NCBI GenBank assembly: GCA_043820925.1
Contig: JBDRDL010000047.1
Location: 1 to 17,800 of the forward strand
Length of the DNA: 17,800 nt
Reading direction: 5' to 3'
Source: Methanobacteriota archaeon
GTDB lineage: Archaea > Hydrothermarchaeota > Hydrothermarchaeia > Hydrothermarchaeales > JACRDW01
Shown here: piece after piece, positions 15,349-17,800 of the stretch
How positions within the stretch are numbered: position 1 is the first letter of the stretch
How the letters are laid out: every line of letters begins with the position of its first letter
Translations under genes and position numbers: made by a program
The notes under the pieces: model-generated
Told to the model about the DNA's origin: nothing
What the model saw: the letters and a program-made list of their open reading frames with translations, nothing else
Database searches by the model: none

Positions 15349-16260
15349 TTATAACAACTCAATCCCGTAAGCATCTTCGATGTTGTCTTTATGAATCTTC
15401 CACAAATCTTCTTCTGTGAAAATTCCGGTACTCAGCAATTGCAGGCTCAGCTTTGGAACGCTTTTTGGACTTACAACTGCCCCGGGTCTTCGCAAGTCGT
15501 CGATGTAGTCGCTCTCCATCAAAAAGCGATTGCCTTCTTTTCTTGCGCTGATAATATTCTCCTTTGAAGCAATCAGCGAGGGATATATTCCTGACTTCTC
15601 AGCCGCCTTTATAAGCGGAGGAGAGTAGTGCTTGATTATTCTTCGAGGGTCGAGAGCTGCAGAATCAGCGAGCTTGCGAAACTCTTTGAAATTTTTCTCT
15701 GTTATGCTCTCAGTATGCAGCTGCACTGCGCAGTTCAGGTCAGCGGCAGCTTCAAAAGCATATTCAAGCAGTTCATTGCAGGCTTCAAGAATTTCATGTT
15801 CAACCTCAAAGTGAGGTCTTCCTATCTCGCCGAGCGCAACCGCCTCGCCATTTGAAATTTTCTCGCCTGCAATATCAATTGCTTTCCTTGCTATTTCTAG
15901 AGCTTTACTTACTGAAAATCTTTTGCACATTGCAGCGAACTCCGCAGGATGCACGCCGAGCACTGGAAAAGATGTAACACCTGTCTTTTCATTTATTTGC
16001 TTGGACAAGTTTACAGTAAAATCAAAGAGTTGTCCAAAGCTTTTCTCATTTTTTAATTCAATGCTGCAGTCCTTTGTGGTCTTGCAAACGAGAAACAAAA
16101 ATTTTCCGCCTGCTTTCTCAAACCTTTTCACTGCCTCGATTCCCCCCCCGTTGATAGGGTCTATGTGCATGTGATTGTCTGTAAAGCTGCGAAAAGGCTT
16201 GAAGTCGAGTTTCCAAGCGCTTTCAATGCCCTCTTGTACTTCTAGCTCACTTCCTTCCAT
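15349..16260 (-). CDS. TatD-related metal-dependent hydrolase (COG1831-like)
   Basis: DNHMHID, GVHP, GEIGRPH, QLHTE, KHY and ESDYIDD motifs. Confidence 0.88.
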   Translation of the reverse strand: MEGSELEVQEGIESAWKLDFKPFRSFTDNHMHIDPINGGGIEAVKRFEKAGGKFLFLVCKTTKDCSIELKNEKSFGQLFDFTVNLSKQINEKTGVTSFPVLGVHPAEFAAMCKRFSVSKALEIARKAIDIAGEKISNGEAVALGEIGRPHFEVEHEILEACNELLEYAFEAAADLNCAVQLHTESITEKNFKEFRKLADSAALDPRRIIKHYSPPLIKAAEKSGIYPSLIASKENIISARKEGNRFLMESDYIDDLRRPGAVVSPKSVPKLSLQLLSTGIFTEEDLWKIHKDNIEDAYGIELL

Positions 16261-16277
16261 TTTTCTCCCCCAAGTTA

Positions 16278-16970
16278 TCAGCTTGTACCAAGCTTAATGT
16301 CGGTACAAGTTTTGTCTGCTCGAACAACGCTATCTTCAATGCCAAGCTTCATTCTTTTGAAAAGCTCGATAAGATTTACCTTAGTCTGGACGCAGCCTTC
16401 ATGAATCAGCGGCACCCCCAGCACCACGCACTTTGTCTTTGAAATCTCGTGCATCGCAGCATTCAAATCCTTGCAGCAGGCAACGCCCAGAGCAGCTTTT
16501 GGCCTGACCGCTTTTACTATGCGCTCCACGAATCTCCCTCCGGGCACTATGTAAAAGCCATAGCCGAGGCGCTCAACCTCAGCTTTTATATCCTTGATTA
16601 TGCACATTCCGCACTCTTTGCAGGCGATGCCTGTTTTCGAGTCGAGCCTTGCAGGGCACTTGATGTGGCGCATGCACTGCGGAACGACAAGAATCCTGTC
16701 TCTCGCCTGCACCTTAGCAAAGCTCTCTATGCTTAGATGATTTCTTACTTCTATGCATACTCTATCTACTATTTCTTCTCCAAGCCCAAACGCCCTTGCA
16801 ACTTTTTCTACTTGAACATGAAAGTTTTCCATCATGAACAGAAGCAGTTTGGGCAGGATGAACCTGTTCTTCTTTATCAGTATAACTCCCAGGAGGAGAG
16901 AGACCAGAATGAGGAATAAGAATATAAGACCTAAGGCAATTGAAAGCTTGCCCACAATTTCGTAGAACAT
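16278..16970 (-). CDS. DUF116 family membrane-anchored Cys-rich protein
   Basis: N-terminal TM helix, PQCMRHIKCPA, CKECGMC, IVPGG, GVAC and GCVQT. Confidence 0.88.
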   Translation of the reverse strand: MFYEIVGKLSIALGLIFLFLILVSLLLGVILIKKNRFILPKLLLFMMENFHVQVEKVARAFGLGEEIVDRVCIEVRNHLSIESFAKVQARDRILVVPQCMRHIKCPARLDSKTGIACKECGMCIIKDIKAEVERLGYGFYIVPGGRFVERIVKAVRPKAALGVACCKDLNAAMHEISKTKCVVLGVPLIHEGCVQTKVNLIELFKRMKLGIEDSVVRADKTCTDIKLGTS

Positions 16971-16984
16971 TTCCCGACCCTCAC

Positions 16985-16994
16985 TTTTATATAA
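16985..16994. promoter_or_regulatory. TATA element in the 48-bp divergent DUF116/ahcY intergenic region
   Basis: TTTTATATA about 25-33 nt upstream of the ahcY ATG. Confidence 0.5.

Positions 16995-17800
<806 letters not shown>

Overview
Archaeal (euryarchaeote-like) chromosomal window. Left part (1-5516) is accessory. It holds an AAA_14/DUF4143 ATPase, then a convergent RHH + PIN (VapBC-like) pair bracketed by a degenerate C-rich direct repeat. These are followed by a type I-B-like adaptation module (cas4-cas1-cas2), a leader and a CRISPR array of 19 repeats and 18 spacers. No cas6, Cascade or cas3 genes are in the window. Right part is a long minus-strand housekeeping run: DUF116, TatD-like, mcm, RPA32-like, DUF424, nmd3, tyrS, aIF-1A, rio1, Dim2/Pno1 KH, a methyltransferase and an unannotated 48-aa ORF. 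This run is interrupted at about 10160-12425 by an accessory island (hypothetical, NucS-like nuclease fused to tandem winged helices, Zn-ribbon protein, hicB-hicA). A divergent ahcY runs off the right edge. The best novelty candidates are the nuclease-wH island, the repeat-flanked convergent TA pair next to cas4, and ORB-like elements upstream of mcm with no adjacent cdc6/orc1. All calls come from motif recognition by eye; no searches were run.
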